A DNA stretch of 14,937 nt from Armatimonadota bacterium (lineage in GTDB: Bacteria > Sysuimicrobiota > Sysuimicrobiia > Sysuimicrobiales > Humicultoraceae), in contig JBBIJB010000059.1 in the NCBI GenBank assembly GCA_037446215.1, forward strand, positions 1 through 14,937. Reading direction: 5' to 3'. How positions within the stretch are numbered: the stretch's first letter is position 1; every line of letters begins with the position of its first letter. Made by a program: the position numbers and the translations under genes. Below, piece by piece: positions 1 through 10,339 of this stretch. Under the pieces are notes generated by a model. It did not search any database, was not told the origin of the DNA, and worked only from the letters and a program-made list of their open reading frames with translations.

Positions 1-459
1 CGCCTCATCGAAGCCGAGGGCGGAGTCATCGAGGTCGAGCCGCACGTGGCGCATCGTCGCCCCTGAGAGGAGCGCGTCCGGCCTGTAGTTCTCGTAGAAC
101 GGCTCGAACACCACCACGGCGTCGCCGGGCTCGACCACGGCCATCATCGTCGCCATCATCGCCTCGGTCGCCCCACAGGTCACCGTTATGTGACGCTCGG
201 GATCGACCTCCAGGCCGTTGGCCCACAGCACCTTCTCCGCTATCGCCTGCCTCAGGCGCGGCGACCCCCAGGTCACCGGGTACTGGTTCCAGCCGCCCCT
301 CAGGGCCCCCACGGCGGCCTCGACCAGCTCGGCGGGAGGGTCTGAATCCGGGAAGCCCTGCGCCAGGTTGATGGCATCGTAGCGATCGGCCAGGCGCGTC
401 ATCTCCCTTATGACGGACTCGGCGAACTCGCCTACGCGGGCGGCGACGGTCCTCTTCAC
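1..459 (-). CDS. PLP-dependent aminotransferase class I/II, N-terminal part (runs off the left edge)
   Basis: Not in the ORF track; translated by hand from GTG at 459, with GGAGG just upstream. Reads MKRTVAARVGEFAESVIREMTRLADRYDAINLAQGFPDSDPP...NQYPVTWGSPRLRQAIAEK...ITVTCGATEAM...VEPGDAVVVFEPFYENY. The INLAQGFPD, TxGATEA and PGDxVxxxEPxY motifs are typical of class I/II aminotransferases. Confidence 0.93.
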   Translation of the reverse strand, partial: MKRTVAARVGEFAESVIREMTRLADRYDAINLAQGFPDSDPPAELVEAAVGALRGGWNQYPVTWGSPRLRQAIAEKVLWANGLEVDPERHITVTCGATEAMMATMMAVVEPGDAVVVFEPFYENYRPDALLSGATMRHVRLDLDDSALGFDEA

Positions 460-500
460 TGATCCCTCCCCGACTCCGACCGGGCCCTCTGACCTGCTGC

Positions 501-2705
<2,205 letters not shown>

Positions 2706-2736
2706 ATCGCGGCTCCGGTGTGCTCGCCTTCCTGCA

Positions 2737-5700
2737 TCAGTTCGTTGCCCGCCCTCTGCGCCCTTCCGGCCTTTGCCCCGCCAGTTCCTCCGCGATACCC
2801 CCGATCGGGCCGAGCGCCCACGCCTTGAGCTCGGCCCAGGCCCTCCGCTCCGCGACTCCTTCCATGTAGCGAAGCGACTCCTTGAGGTCGAACCTCTCGC
2901 CCGGGGCGGCCAGCGAGTACCTGCGCGGGCCGCTCTCATCCTCCTCCGGGGTTACGGCCCCGATCTCCAGGAGCACGCCGATCGCCGCGGCCAGGGTCTG
3001 GCCGCCGATGCCGCGGTCCGCCAGGGAACGCTCCAGGGCACCGCCGATAGCCCATTGGCGGCTCCCCGCGTGGCTCCTGATCCCATGATAGCAGCGCAGC
3101 AACACCTCGCGCGACGGGAACGCCGCCTCCACTTCGGCCTCGGCCCTGGCCATCTCGCCGGGGCCGAACCTCAACTCGACCGTGGCGGGCCGGCCCGAGA
3201 GGCCGGCGCAACCCAGGCTGTCGGCGGCGGCGAAGAGCGAGCGAGGAAGGCCGTAGGCGAGGATCCGGCCGATGTCGCCGGGCAGCTGTACCTCGCAGAG
3301 GCGCGTGCCGCAGACCAAGGTCGCTATCCTTCCCGCCGCGAGCAGCCCTTCCAGGGCACGCTGCAGGGCGCCCGGCAGACCCGCGTGGTAGTAGGCCAGC
3401 CGGTCCGCCGCCTCAGGAGCCTCCCTGCGCATCGCCTGTGCGACCCGGACGGCCTCCTCGGCGCCTCCCACCAGGACGACAGTCTTGCCCCTTGCGCCGT
3501 CGCGGCCGGCCGCCCCCGGCAGAGGCGCGCCAACTCCTCTGTGGTCGGCTACGCGCAGGTTGGGCCTGCGCGGCGACTCCGAGCGCAGCAACTCGAGGCC
3601 CGCCTCGGCTGCGACGTCCTGCAGGAACCCGGCGGTTGCCGGGCCGGTCGCCATCCTGAGACGCCCCTTGCAGGCCTTTGGGAGACCACCCGCGCGATAT
3701 TCCTCCTCCGATAGCCGGTCTAGGACGGCTACGACCGATCCGCCGAGAGATGTTTCTCTGCGCGCCCATCCCTCAGAGGTCAGGAGTATGTCGATCTCAC
3801 CCATCTTCCACGCGGCACGCAGGGCCAGCGCCTCGCCGGGCTGAACGAGCCCGTGGACACCGGCGGCCCGCAGGCCCATTTCGCGAAGCCTCGGCAACAG
3901 CACCGCCCCCCAGGCGTCGACGTCGCTCGGCCTGGGAATAACCACAGCCACCGGACCATCGCCGGCCAGCGATAGGGCGACGGCGGCCATCGCCGCCGTC
4001 GCCGTGAGGCCTTGCCCCGGCCCAAGCCGGACCGCCAGGGACCGCCCGGACCCCATGGCATCCACCACGCGGCGCTGCAGCGAGCCGGGTTCCCTCCCAC
4101 TCAACAGCGCCGCCGAGAGGCGGTTCGCAAGGTCAGGCCCCGGCGTGAGGCGCGGCCCTGCCTCCTCCGCGCCCAAAGGGGCAGGAGGGCGCGACTCCCG
4201 CGTGACCAGGATGTTCAGGCCGTGGGACCTGTCGCCGCCCCCCGTGAGAGCCGTGGCGGTTGCCAGGTAGCGGGCACCGGCGTCCATGGCCGGCGCAAGC
4301 CGGGCGGCTAGGGATGCCCTCAAGAAGCCGAGTTGCCTCCCATCCGGAAGGCACACCTCGACGGCGTGCGGGTCCTTGGGGTTGGCGGGATCCCGCCTCA
4401 ACTGCAGGCGCCCGCCGGGGGCCACCTCGGGCAGACGGGATTGGCGGCCTTCGAAGGTAACCCCCACCACCTTCGTGTGGAACGAGGGTGCCTCCTCGAT
4501 TACCCGCCCCTCGCCGGGCAGGTAGTCGTCGGCCCTGTCGAACAGGCGGTCCAGCAGCGGCGCCGCCTCAGACGTGACGCCCTCAGGATCGAGACCTGGG
4601 GTAACGATCTCCTCCACGACCATCCTAACGGAGTGGCGGCCCCCCCACCTGTCCTCGTCGACCTTGTAGGCGAGGTCCACCTTGGCCCGCGTGAACGCCA
4701 GCAACTCCGCGTGCCCGCCCAGGCGGAACCCGATGGCGTCGACGGTGCGTAAGCCGTCGCCGACCTGCAGCTTGAGATGGTCCCCGCTACCCACGGTCCG
4801 CGCGGCGTGCGCCTGGAGGCCTCTGGTCAGGAAGAGCGGCTCCGAGTTCGACTGGCCAAACGGCGCCAGGCGCGAGACCTCCCCGGCAAGCTCGCGGGTA
4901 ACCTCGCCGAGTGGGATCTCCGCATCGATGGTCAGCTCCGGGAGCATCTGCTCGGTGGAGATCCTCGCTCCGACGGCGGCCGTGAACGCCTCGCGGAAGC
5001 GATCGATCTCCTCCCTGGCCACGGTAAGCCCGGCGGCCATGGCGTGCCCACCATAAGCCCGCAGGAAGGCCGACGCGCCGCCCAGGGCCTCGACCAGATG
5101 GAGTCCGGGTATGCTCCTCGCCGACCCCCTGCCGGCGCCGCCGTCGAGCGCGACGATCACGGCCGGCCGATGGTAGAGCTCGGCGACTCTCGATGCGACT
5201 ATGCCGATCACGCCGGGGTGCCAGCCCTCGTTGGCGACGACGATCGCCGGGCGGTCGCCGGCCCCCTCCGCCTCTACCTTTGCGATCGCCTCCTCGGCCA
5301 CCCGGTCGCACAGCTCCCTGCGTGCCTGGTTCAGCCTGTTCAGCTCCGCCGCGATCTGCTCGCACTCGCGCGGGTCGTCGCTCAAGAGGAGCCGGAGCGC
5401 CGTCGACGCGTCGGCCAGCCGTCCGGCGGCGTTGATGCGCGGCGCTATCCCGTGGGATATGTCCCTGGCGCCAACGGGGCCCTCGATGCCGGCCGCCTGG
5501 AGCAGGGCCCTTATGCCTGGCGTCCTGGAGCGCCCCAGCCGCTCGGCTCCCAGAGCCACGATCGCTCGGTTGTCGTCGCGAAGCGGAACCGCGTCGGCCA
5601 CGGTCCCTATCGCCGCCAACGCCAACGGGTCACCAAGGTCCTCGTCCAGCTCCAACCTGGAGGCGAGGGCGCGCCACGCCTGGTAGGCAAGGCCTGCTGC

Positions 5701-6315
5701 GCAGTACTCCGCCGGCCGAACCGCCCCCTGGCGCCCGAGGAGGAGCTTCGGGTTCACAATGGCGGCCGGCCCTGCCGCCTGCCCGACCTGTTCGTGGTGA
5801 TCCAGCACCAGTAGGTCCATGCCGGCCCCGCGAGCCGCTTCCGCAGCCGCCTCCGCATTCGTCCCGCAGTCGACGGCGACCAGGAGCCCGACGCCCTCGG
5901 ATGCGATCCGCGTCACCGCCTGAGCGTGCAGGCCGTATCCGTCGGCAATCCGGTTCGGTATGTGGAACCCCACGCGGCCGCCGGCCGCCCGCAGCCCGCG
6001 CACGAGAATGGCGGTCGCGGTGACGCCGTCCGCGTCGTAGTCTCCATAGACGACCACGGGCTCGCCGCGGCCGACCGCCCTCGTCAGGCGCTCGGCCGCC
6101 TGGTCCATGCCAGGGAGACCCTCAGGAGGAGACAGGCCCTCCTTGGACGGATTCAGAAAGGACGAGGCTTCGCCGGGGTCGCGTAACCCACGGTTGATCA
6201 GCAACTGCGCCGTCACCCTGCGTAGGCCGAGGCGGGAGGCGAGCAGCGCCTGCCCTTCTTCATCCGGTGGGAGTACGCGCAGCCGAACGGGTGGGGATGC
6301 CCTACCGGCCGTCAT
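2737..6315 (-). CDS. recJ: ssDNA-specific 5'-3' exonuclease RecJ with C-terminal HIRAN domain and degenerate RecQ-like (SF2) helicase region (1192 aa)
   Basis: DHH-family motifs are intact: YGDYDADG, VDCG, LDHHE, GTVADAVPL, PRINAAGR, GSARS, GGHAMAAG, LAPFGQSN. A HIRAN signature follows (TKVVGVTFEGRQ...LRRDPANPKDPHAVEV...GRQLGFL), then helicase remnants (RPNL, YYHAGLP). ATG at 6315 has GAGGGAG upstream. Confidence 0.93.
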   Translation of the reverse strand: MTAGRASPPVRLRVLPPDEEGQALLASRLGLRRVTAQLLINRGLRDPGEASSFLNPSKEGLSPPEGLPGMDQAAERLTRAVGRGEPVVVYGDYDADGVTATAILVRGLRAAGGRVGFHIPNRIADGYGLHAQAVTRIASEGVGLLVAVDCGTNAEAAAEAARGAGMDLLVLDHHEQVGQAAGPAAIVNPKLLLGRQGAVRPAEYCAAGLAYQAWRALASRLELDEDLGDPLALAAIGTVADAVPLRDDNRAIVALGAERLGRSRTPGIRALLQAAGIEGPVGARDISHGIAPRINAAGRLADASTALRLLLSDDPRECEQIAAELNRLNQARRELCDRVAEEAIAKVEAEGAGDRPAIVVANEGWHPGVIGIVASRVAELYHRPAVIVALDGGAGRGSARSIPGLHLVEALGGASAFLRAYGGHAMAAGLTVAREEIDRFREAFTAAVGARISTEQMLPELTIDAEIPLGEVTRELAGEVSRLAPFGQSNSEPLFLTRGLQAHAARTVGSGDHLKLQVGDGLRTVDAIGFRLGGHAELLAFTRAKVDLAYKVDEDRWGGRHSVRMVVEEIVTPGLDPEGVTSEAAPLLDRLFDRADDYLPGEGRVIEEAPSFHTKVVGVTFEGRQSRLPEVAPGGRLQLRRDPANPKDPHAVEVCLPDGRQLGFLRASLAARLAPAMDAGARYLATATALTGGGDRSHGLNILVTRESRPPAPLGAEEAGPRLTPGPDLANRLSAALLSGREPGSLQRRVVDAMGSGRSLAVRLGPGQGLTATAAMAAVALSLAGDGPVAVVIPRPSDVDAWGAVLLPRLREMGLRAAGVHGLVQPGEALALRAAWKMGEIDILLTSEGWARRETSLGGSVVAVLDRLSEEEYRAGGLPKACKGRLRMATGPATAGFLQDVAAEAGLELLRSESPRRPNLRVADHRGVGAPLPGAAGRDGARGKTVVLVGGAEEAVRVAQAMRREAPEAADRLAYYHAGLPGALQRALEGLLAAGRIATLVCGTRLCEVQLPGDIGRILAYGLPRSLFAAADSLGCAGLSGRPATVELRFGPGEMARAEAEVEAAFPSREVLLRCYHGIRSHAGSRQWAIGGALERSLADRGIGGQTLAAAIGVLLEIGAVTPEEDESGPRRYSLAAPGERFDLKESLRYMEGVAERRAWAELKAWALGPIGGIAEELAGQRPEGRRGRATN

Positions 6316-6417
6316 GGGACGCTGCTCCCTCTTGGAAGGCGCCCTAGCGCCGCCCTGCGACCAGAGGCGACCGATCCGCCGCAGGCCCGGACGTGGCCCT
6401 TGACCGGCCCCGAGGAA

Positions 6418-6705
6418 TCAGGCGTTCTCGTCAGGCAGGGGGCCTGCCGGCCCGGCAGGACGCGCCTCCAGGGCGTGAACCATCGCTTGGAGCTCACGGA
6501 TGCGGGCCCGGCTGCGCATCTGCCCGGCGAAGCAGCTGACCAGCACCAGCAGGCCGCCGGCGATGGCCGCTCCCATCACCGCGACCGCTACTGTCGTCTG
6601 CGCCTCCCACGCCAGGAACCTTATCGTGATGGGGGACGGGTTCGCAAGGGCGAACACGGTCACCGCCGCCAGCAGGACAAGCACGAAGAGGTTGAAAGCG
6701 GACAC
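6418..6705 (-). CDS. Small membrane protein, LapA/DUF1049-like (two TM helices plus a coiled-coil tail)
   Basis: Pattern: hydrophobic helix, FALANPSPITIRFLAW, second hydrophobic helix ending GAAIAGGLL, then an R-rich coiled-coil (RARIRELQAMVHALE). GTG start 3 nt after the secF stop, with GGAG upstream. Confidence 0.72.
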   Translation of the reverse strand: MSAFNLFVLVLLAAVTVFALANPSPITIRFLAWEAQTTVAVAVMGAAIAGGLLVLVSCFAGQMRSRARIRELQAMVHALEARPAGPAGPLPDENA

Positions 6706-6708
6706 AGG

Positions 6709-7716
6709 CTATCTCCGCCCTGGCCGGCGCCTCCTGGCGCCGGAGGTACTGGGCCTCGCGGCGGATGGCGCCGCAGGGTCCTCGCTCGGGCCGGGGAACC
6801 CGGCAACCGCCGCTGCGGGCTCTCGCCTCCCGCCCCGTCGCTCGGACCAGTTGTGCCAGTCCACAAGCACGGCGCTGGCGTTGAAGATCGAGGAGTAGCC
6901 GCCCACGAGGATACCTATCATGAGGCCGAATGCGAAGTCCCTGACCGTCACGCCGCCGAAGACGTAGATCGCCCCCAGGGCCAGCAGCGTCGTGAGGACG
7001 GTGTTGATCGACCGTACCAGGGCCTCGAGCAGGCTGCGGTTGACGAGGCTGTCGAACTTCTCCCTGGCGCGGAGCGCCAGGTTCTCCCGGATCCGGTCGA
7101 AGACGACGATCGTGTCGTTGATGGAGTACCCGACCACGGTCAGGAGCACCGCGACGAACGCGCTGTTCACCTCCTTGCGTGTCAGCGAGAACACGCCCAC
7201 GACCACCAGCAGGTCGTGCAGCAGCGCTATATCCGCGGCCACTGCGAACCGAACCGACTTGAAGCGGTAGGAGATGTAGAGCACCTGCAGCGCAAGGCCG
7301 ATCAGCACGCTGATGATCGCGATGTTGCGCAGCTCCCGGCCTATCTTGGGGCCGACCTCGTCCTCTCGCAGGATCGTGACCTTGCCGAACCGATCCCTCA
7401 GCGCGGCGACCAGGCCGGCCTTGGCCTCGGGGCGCAGCGGTCTGGTGCGGACCAGCAGATCCTGCTCGGTCTTCTGGATCACACTCTGCCCCTGGGCGAA
7501 CCGGTCCACAACGGCGCGTACCTCGCCCGTCGTGAACGGACGCTCGAGCTGCAGATGGAAGAAGTTGCCACCGGTGAAGTCCACGCCCCAGTTCAGCGCT
7601 CCCTGTCCCGAGATAGAGCCGGCGATCAGCGCGACCGCCCCGGGGATGATCAGCAGCAGGGAGAGAGCGTACCCCCATCGGCGCTTTCCAACCAGGTCCC
7701 AAGCTCCAGGGGTCAC
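6709..7716 (-). CDS. secF: Protein translocase subunit SecF
   Basis: LNWGVDFTGG, VGPKIGREL, ALLHDLL, LTVVGYSINDTIVVFDRIREN, RSINT, GGYSSIF. The start overlaps the secD stop (GTGA). Confidence 0.96.
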   Translation of the reverse strand: MTPGAWDLVGKRRWGYALSLLLIIPGAVALIAGSISGQGALNWGVDFTGGNFFHLQLERPFTTGEVRAVVDRFAQGQSVIQKTEQDLLVRTRPLRPEAKAGLVAALRDRFGKVTILREDEVGPKIGRELRNIAIISVLIGLALQVLYISYRFKSVRFAVAADIALLHDLLVVVGVFSLTRKEVNSAFVAVLLTVVGYSINDTIVVFDRIRENLALRAREKFDSLVNRSLLEALVRSINTVLTTLLALGAIYVFGGVTVRDFAFGLMIGILVGGYSSIFNASAVLVDWHNWSERRGGRREPAAAVAGFPGPSEDPAAPSAARPSTSGARRRRPGRR

Positions 7717-9095
7717 CGCCCAGCCCTCCCCGCCAGCCGCGAGAGGTGGCCGCCGAGGCCCGCACTGGCCGCGGCATCAACGAAGGCCCGCGTCACGAGT
7801 ATCGCCGTTGCCATGCTGACGGTAACGCCTATGCTCAGCGTCACGGCAAACCCCCTGATCGGGCCGCTCCCCAGAAGGAAGAGCACCGCGGTGGCTATCA
7901 GTGTGGTCACGTTGGAGTCCAGGATGGTCGTGGTGGCCCGCCCCCACCCCGTACCTATCGCGGCCCGCAGGCTCTTGCCCGCGCGCAGCTCCTCCTTGAT
8001 CTTCTCGAAGATGATTACGTTCGCGTCCACGGCCATCCCGATCGAGAGCACGATGCCCGCCATCCCGGGGAGCGTGAGCGTGGCGCCCAGACCCGTGAGG
8101 AGGGCCAGCAGGACCACCATGTAGAGCGCCAGGGCGAAGTTGGCCATCAGGCCGGACAGCCCATAGAAGAGGGCCATGAACAATACCACGGCGGCAAAAG
8201 CCACGACCGAGGCCCGCACGCTGGCCCGGATCGAGTCCGCCCCCAACTGGGGTCCGACGGTGCGGTTCTCGACTATCTCGACGGGAATCGGCAGGGCTCC
8301 GCCCCGCAGCAGGACCGCGAGGTCGCGGGCCTCCTCGATGTCGCGGAAGCCGCCGCTGATCTGCCCCTGGCCGCCCGAGATTCGATCGCGGATCACCGGG
8401 GAGGTGATGACGTCGTTGTCCAGGACTATCGTCAGGTGCTTGCCGACGTTGGCGCCCGTGTAGTCCTCGAACTCCTTGGCGGCCTTGCTCTTGAACTCGA
8501 AGTTCACGATCGGCGCCGCGGTGGTCTGATCGAAGCCGGCCTGAGCGCTCTCGAGGTCGGCGCCCGTGAGGATGACCTTCTTGACGAGCGTAAGGGTCTG
8601 TGGAGGAGCCTCCTGCCCCGGCGTCCGGTCGGTCCGCCGAAGGGGCGGCAGGACGACCGTCTTGCCGTCCGGCTGCCAGCTCGCCCCTTCCGGTAGCGCC
8701 TGCACCCCGGAGTCGACGAACTCCAGCAGGGCGGTCTTGCCGATGAGCTTGATTGCCCTCTCCGGATCCTGGATCCCGGGCAGCTCAACCAGGATTCGGT
8801 TGAGCCCCTGGCGCTGTATGGTCGGCTCCACCACGCCGAGCTGATCGATCCGCCTCTCGATGACGCGCATTGCGGCATCCACTGCCTCAGAGGTGGCCTG
8901 GGCCTGTGGGGTGTCCTGACCCTCCAGGACCAGCAGGGTGCCGCCCTGCAGGTCGAGCCCGAGGTTGAGACGCAGTGCCGGCTTCTGGAACACCGGAGTG
9001 CGCCCCACGATCGTCACCGGCTTGAAGGCGATCTGGACGGCGGCCAGGCCGAGCACGAAGATGACTGCTAGCCTAAGAGCGAGACGCGAGCCCAA
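7713..9095 (-). CDS. secD: Protein translocase subunit SecD (about 460 aa)
   Basis: LGLDLQGG, RRIDQLGVVEP, RILVELPG, IVLDNDVITSP, LRGGALP, VGPQLG, LTLPGMAG, IGMAVDANV, ILDSNVTT, GPIRGFAVTL. Start placed at the in-frame TTG at 9095, which has AAGGGAG 6 nt upstream, rather than the track start at 9161. Confidence 0.95.
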   Translation of the reverse strand: MGSRLALRLAVIFVLGLAAVQIAFKPVTIVGRTPVFQKPALRLNLGLDLQGGTLLVLEGQDTPQAQATSEAVDAAMRVIERRIDQLGVVEPTIQRQGLNRILVELPGIQDPERAIKLIGKTALLEFVDSGVQALPEGASWQPDGKTVVLPPLRRTDRTPGQEAPPQTLTLVKKVILTGADLESAQAGFDQTTAAPIVNFEFKSKAAKEFEDYTGANVGKHLTIVLDNDVITSPVIRDRISGGQGQISGGFRDIEEARDLAVLLRGGALPIPVEIVENRTVGPQLGADSIRASVRASVVAFAAVVLFMALFYGLSGLMANFALALYMVVLLALLTGLGATLTLPGMAGIVLSIGMAVDANVIIFEKIKEELRAGKSLRAAIGTGWGRATTTILDSNVTTLIATAVLFLLGSGPIRGFAVTLSIGVTVSMATAILVTRAFVDAAASAGLGGHLSRLAGRAGR

Positions 9096-9184
9096 TGGCG
9101 CTCCCTTCCGCGCGTGCCTGCCCGGGGGAGAGAAAGGCCGCCGGTCCACCGCGCGCGACAAAAAAAGAGGGCAAAGCCCGAACC

Positions 9185-9214
9185 ATTATAGAGACCCCGG
9201 AAAGCGCGTGTCAA
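9185..9214 (-). promoter_or_regulatory. sigma70/sigmaA promoter for the secD-secF-recJ-rel operon
   Basis: Minus strand reads TTGACA (9214-9209), an 18-nt spacer, then TATAAT (9190-9185). Both hexamers are perfect consensus in a GC-rich background, about 90 nt upstream of secD. Confidence 0.88.
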
Positions 9215-9385
9215 ACGGCTGTGGTGGCTAGGTAGAAGCGAGACGCCTTGCCTCCCTTCACCGGTGATCGGCCGCTGAGCTGTTCCCCTGCTTGTAGGCG
9301 GCTGCCACGTCCGTCGGCCGGGAACCGCGGGGCGTCCAAGACAACACCGGCAGGTAGCCGGTGGCGGCGGGCGAACCGTCACCGT

Positions 9386-10336
9386 GTGACCCTCTTCGAT
9401 CAGCCCCCGGTGACGGCCCTTCCGCTCAGGCGCGGCGAGTGCGACGTCTTCGTCGGGACCTGCTCATGGGCCGACCGCGGCATGGTCTCAAGCGACTTCT
9501 ATCCTCCCGGTACGAAGACGAACGCCCGCGCCCGGCTCGAGCACTACACCACGGCCTTTCCCGCCGTGGAGGTAGACGCCGCCTACCACGCGCTCCAGCC
9601 GCCGGAGCGGGCGCGCAACTGGCTGGAGTGGACCCCGCCCTCGTTTCGGTTTGGGGTGAAGGCCTTCGCCTGGATGACAGGCCACGAGAGCGACCCGAAG
9701 CGCCTACCCAAGGGGATAGCCTCGCTGCTGCCGGCGAAGCTGCGTGAGGGCGGGCCGCTTCGGGCCGACCGCGTGCCCGAGGAAGTCCTGACGGCCGCGT
9801 GGGACCACTTCGCGGGCTTCACGAAGGTGCTCGGCGATGCCCGCCGCCTGGGCTACGTCCTGTTCCAGTTCCCAAAGGGCAAGGGCTTCTCGGAGGAGAT
9901 GCTCGGCTACATGGACGAGTGGCGGCCCTACCTGCGCGGCTGGCCCGTCGCCGTGGAGATCCGCCACAAGGATTGGCTGTACGAGCGCAACCGCGACGCC
10001 TTCCTCGGCTACCTCCGTGAGCATGGATATGCCTACGTCATCCCCGATATCGCCCAGACCCGCTACCTCCCTCCGCCGGACGTCGAGGCGACGTCCGACC
10101 TCTCGGTCGTGCGGTTCCACGGCCGTAACCCCGCCCTGGTCGAGCGCCGCGTCTCGACCGACCGGGCCTACGACTACCTCTACTCCAGGGAGGAGCTCGA
10201 GGAGTGGGCGGGAGAGGCGGACAGGATCGCCGCGCGGGTTAGGACCCTCTACCTGATGTTCAACAACCATGCCCGGGGCCAGGCGGCCCGGAACGGGCGC
10301 GAGATGGTAGAGATCCTGGAGAGTGAGAGTCGGTAG
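9386..10336 (+). CDS. DUF72 (UPF0759/YecE-like) TIM-barrel protein
   Basis: VGTCSW, FYP, LEHY, VEVDAAYH, W...TPPSFRFGVKA, LGYVLFQFP, AVEIRH, VVRFHGRN, YDYLYSREEL, YLMFNNH match the DUF72 motif order. The start is uncertain (GTG 9386 or 9410; no clear RBS). The track start at 9248 adds a low-complexity extension. Confidence 0.88.
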   Translation: MTLFDQPPVTALPLRRGECDVFVGTCSWADRGMVSSDFYPPGTKTNARARLEHYTTAFPAVEVDAAYHALQPPERARNWLEWTPPSFRFGVKAFAWMTGHESDPKRLPKGIASLLPAKLREGGPLRADRVPEEVLTAAWDHFAGFTKVLGDARRLGYVLFQFPKGKGFSEEMLGYMDEWRPYLRGWPVAVEIRHKDWLYERNRDAFLGYLREHGYAYVIPDIAQTRYLPPPDVEATSDLSVVRFHGRNPALVERRVSTDRAYDYLYSREELEEWAGEADRIAARVRTLYLMFNNHARGQAARNGREMVEILESESR

Positions 10337-10339
10337 GAG

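Noticed and set aside
26..226. 66-aa minus-strand ORF
   Set aside because: It is an out-of-frame shadow inside the aminotransferase gene.
2706..2939. N-terminal extension of Rel given by the ORF track
   Set aside because: It overlaps the recJ 3' end by about 200 nt and is low-complexity. A TTG with an RBS at 2705 gives a normal-length protein.
6312..6497. 61-aa minus-strand ORF between the LapA-like gene and recJ
   Set aside because: It overlaps the LapA-like gene out of frame and has no recognisable motifs. recJ has its own RBS.
6400..8124. 574-aa plus-strand ORF, and other long antisense ORFs such as 2593-3714, 4777-5814, 7746-8696 and 10355-11197
   Set aside because: They lie antisense to well-supported genes, are Arg/Gly/Pro-rich or motif-free, and are expected shadows of high-GC codon usage.
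9170..9400. LexA box upstream of secD/recJ or DUF72
   Set aside because: Only isolated GAAC or GTTC half-sites are present; none forms GAAC-N4-GTTC.
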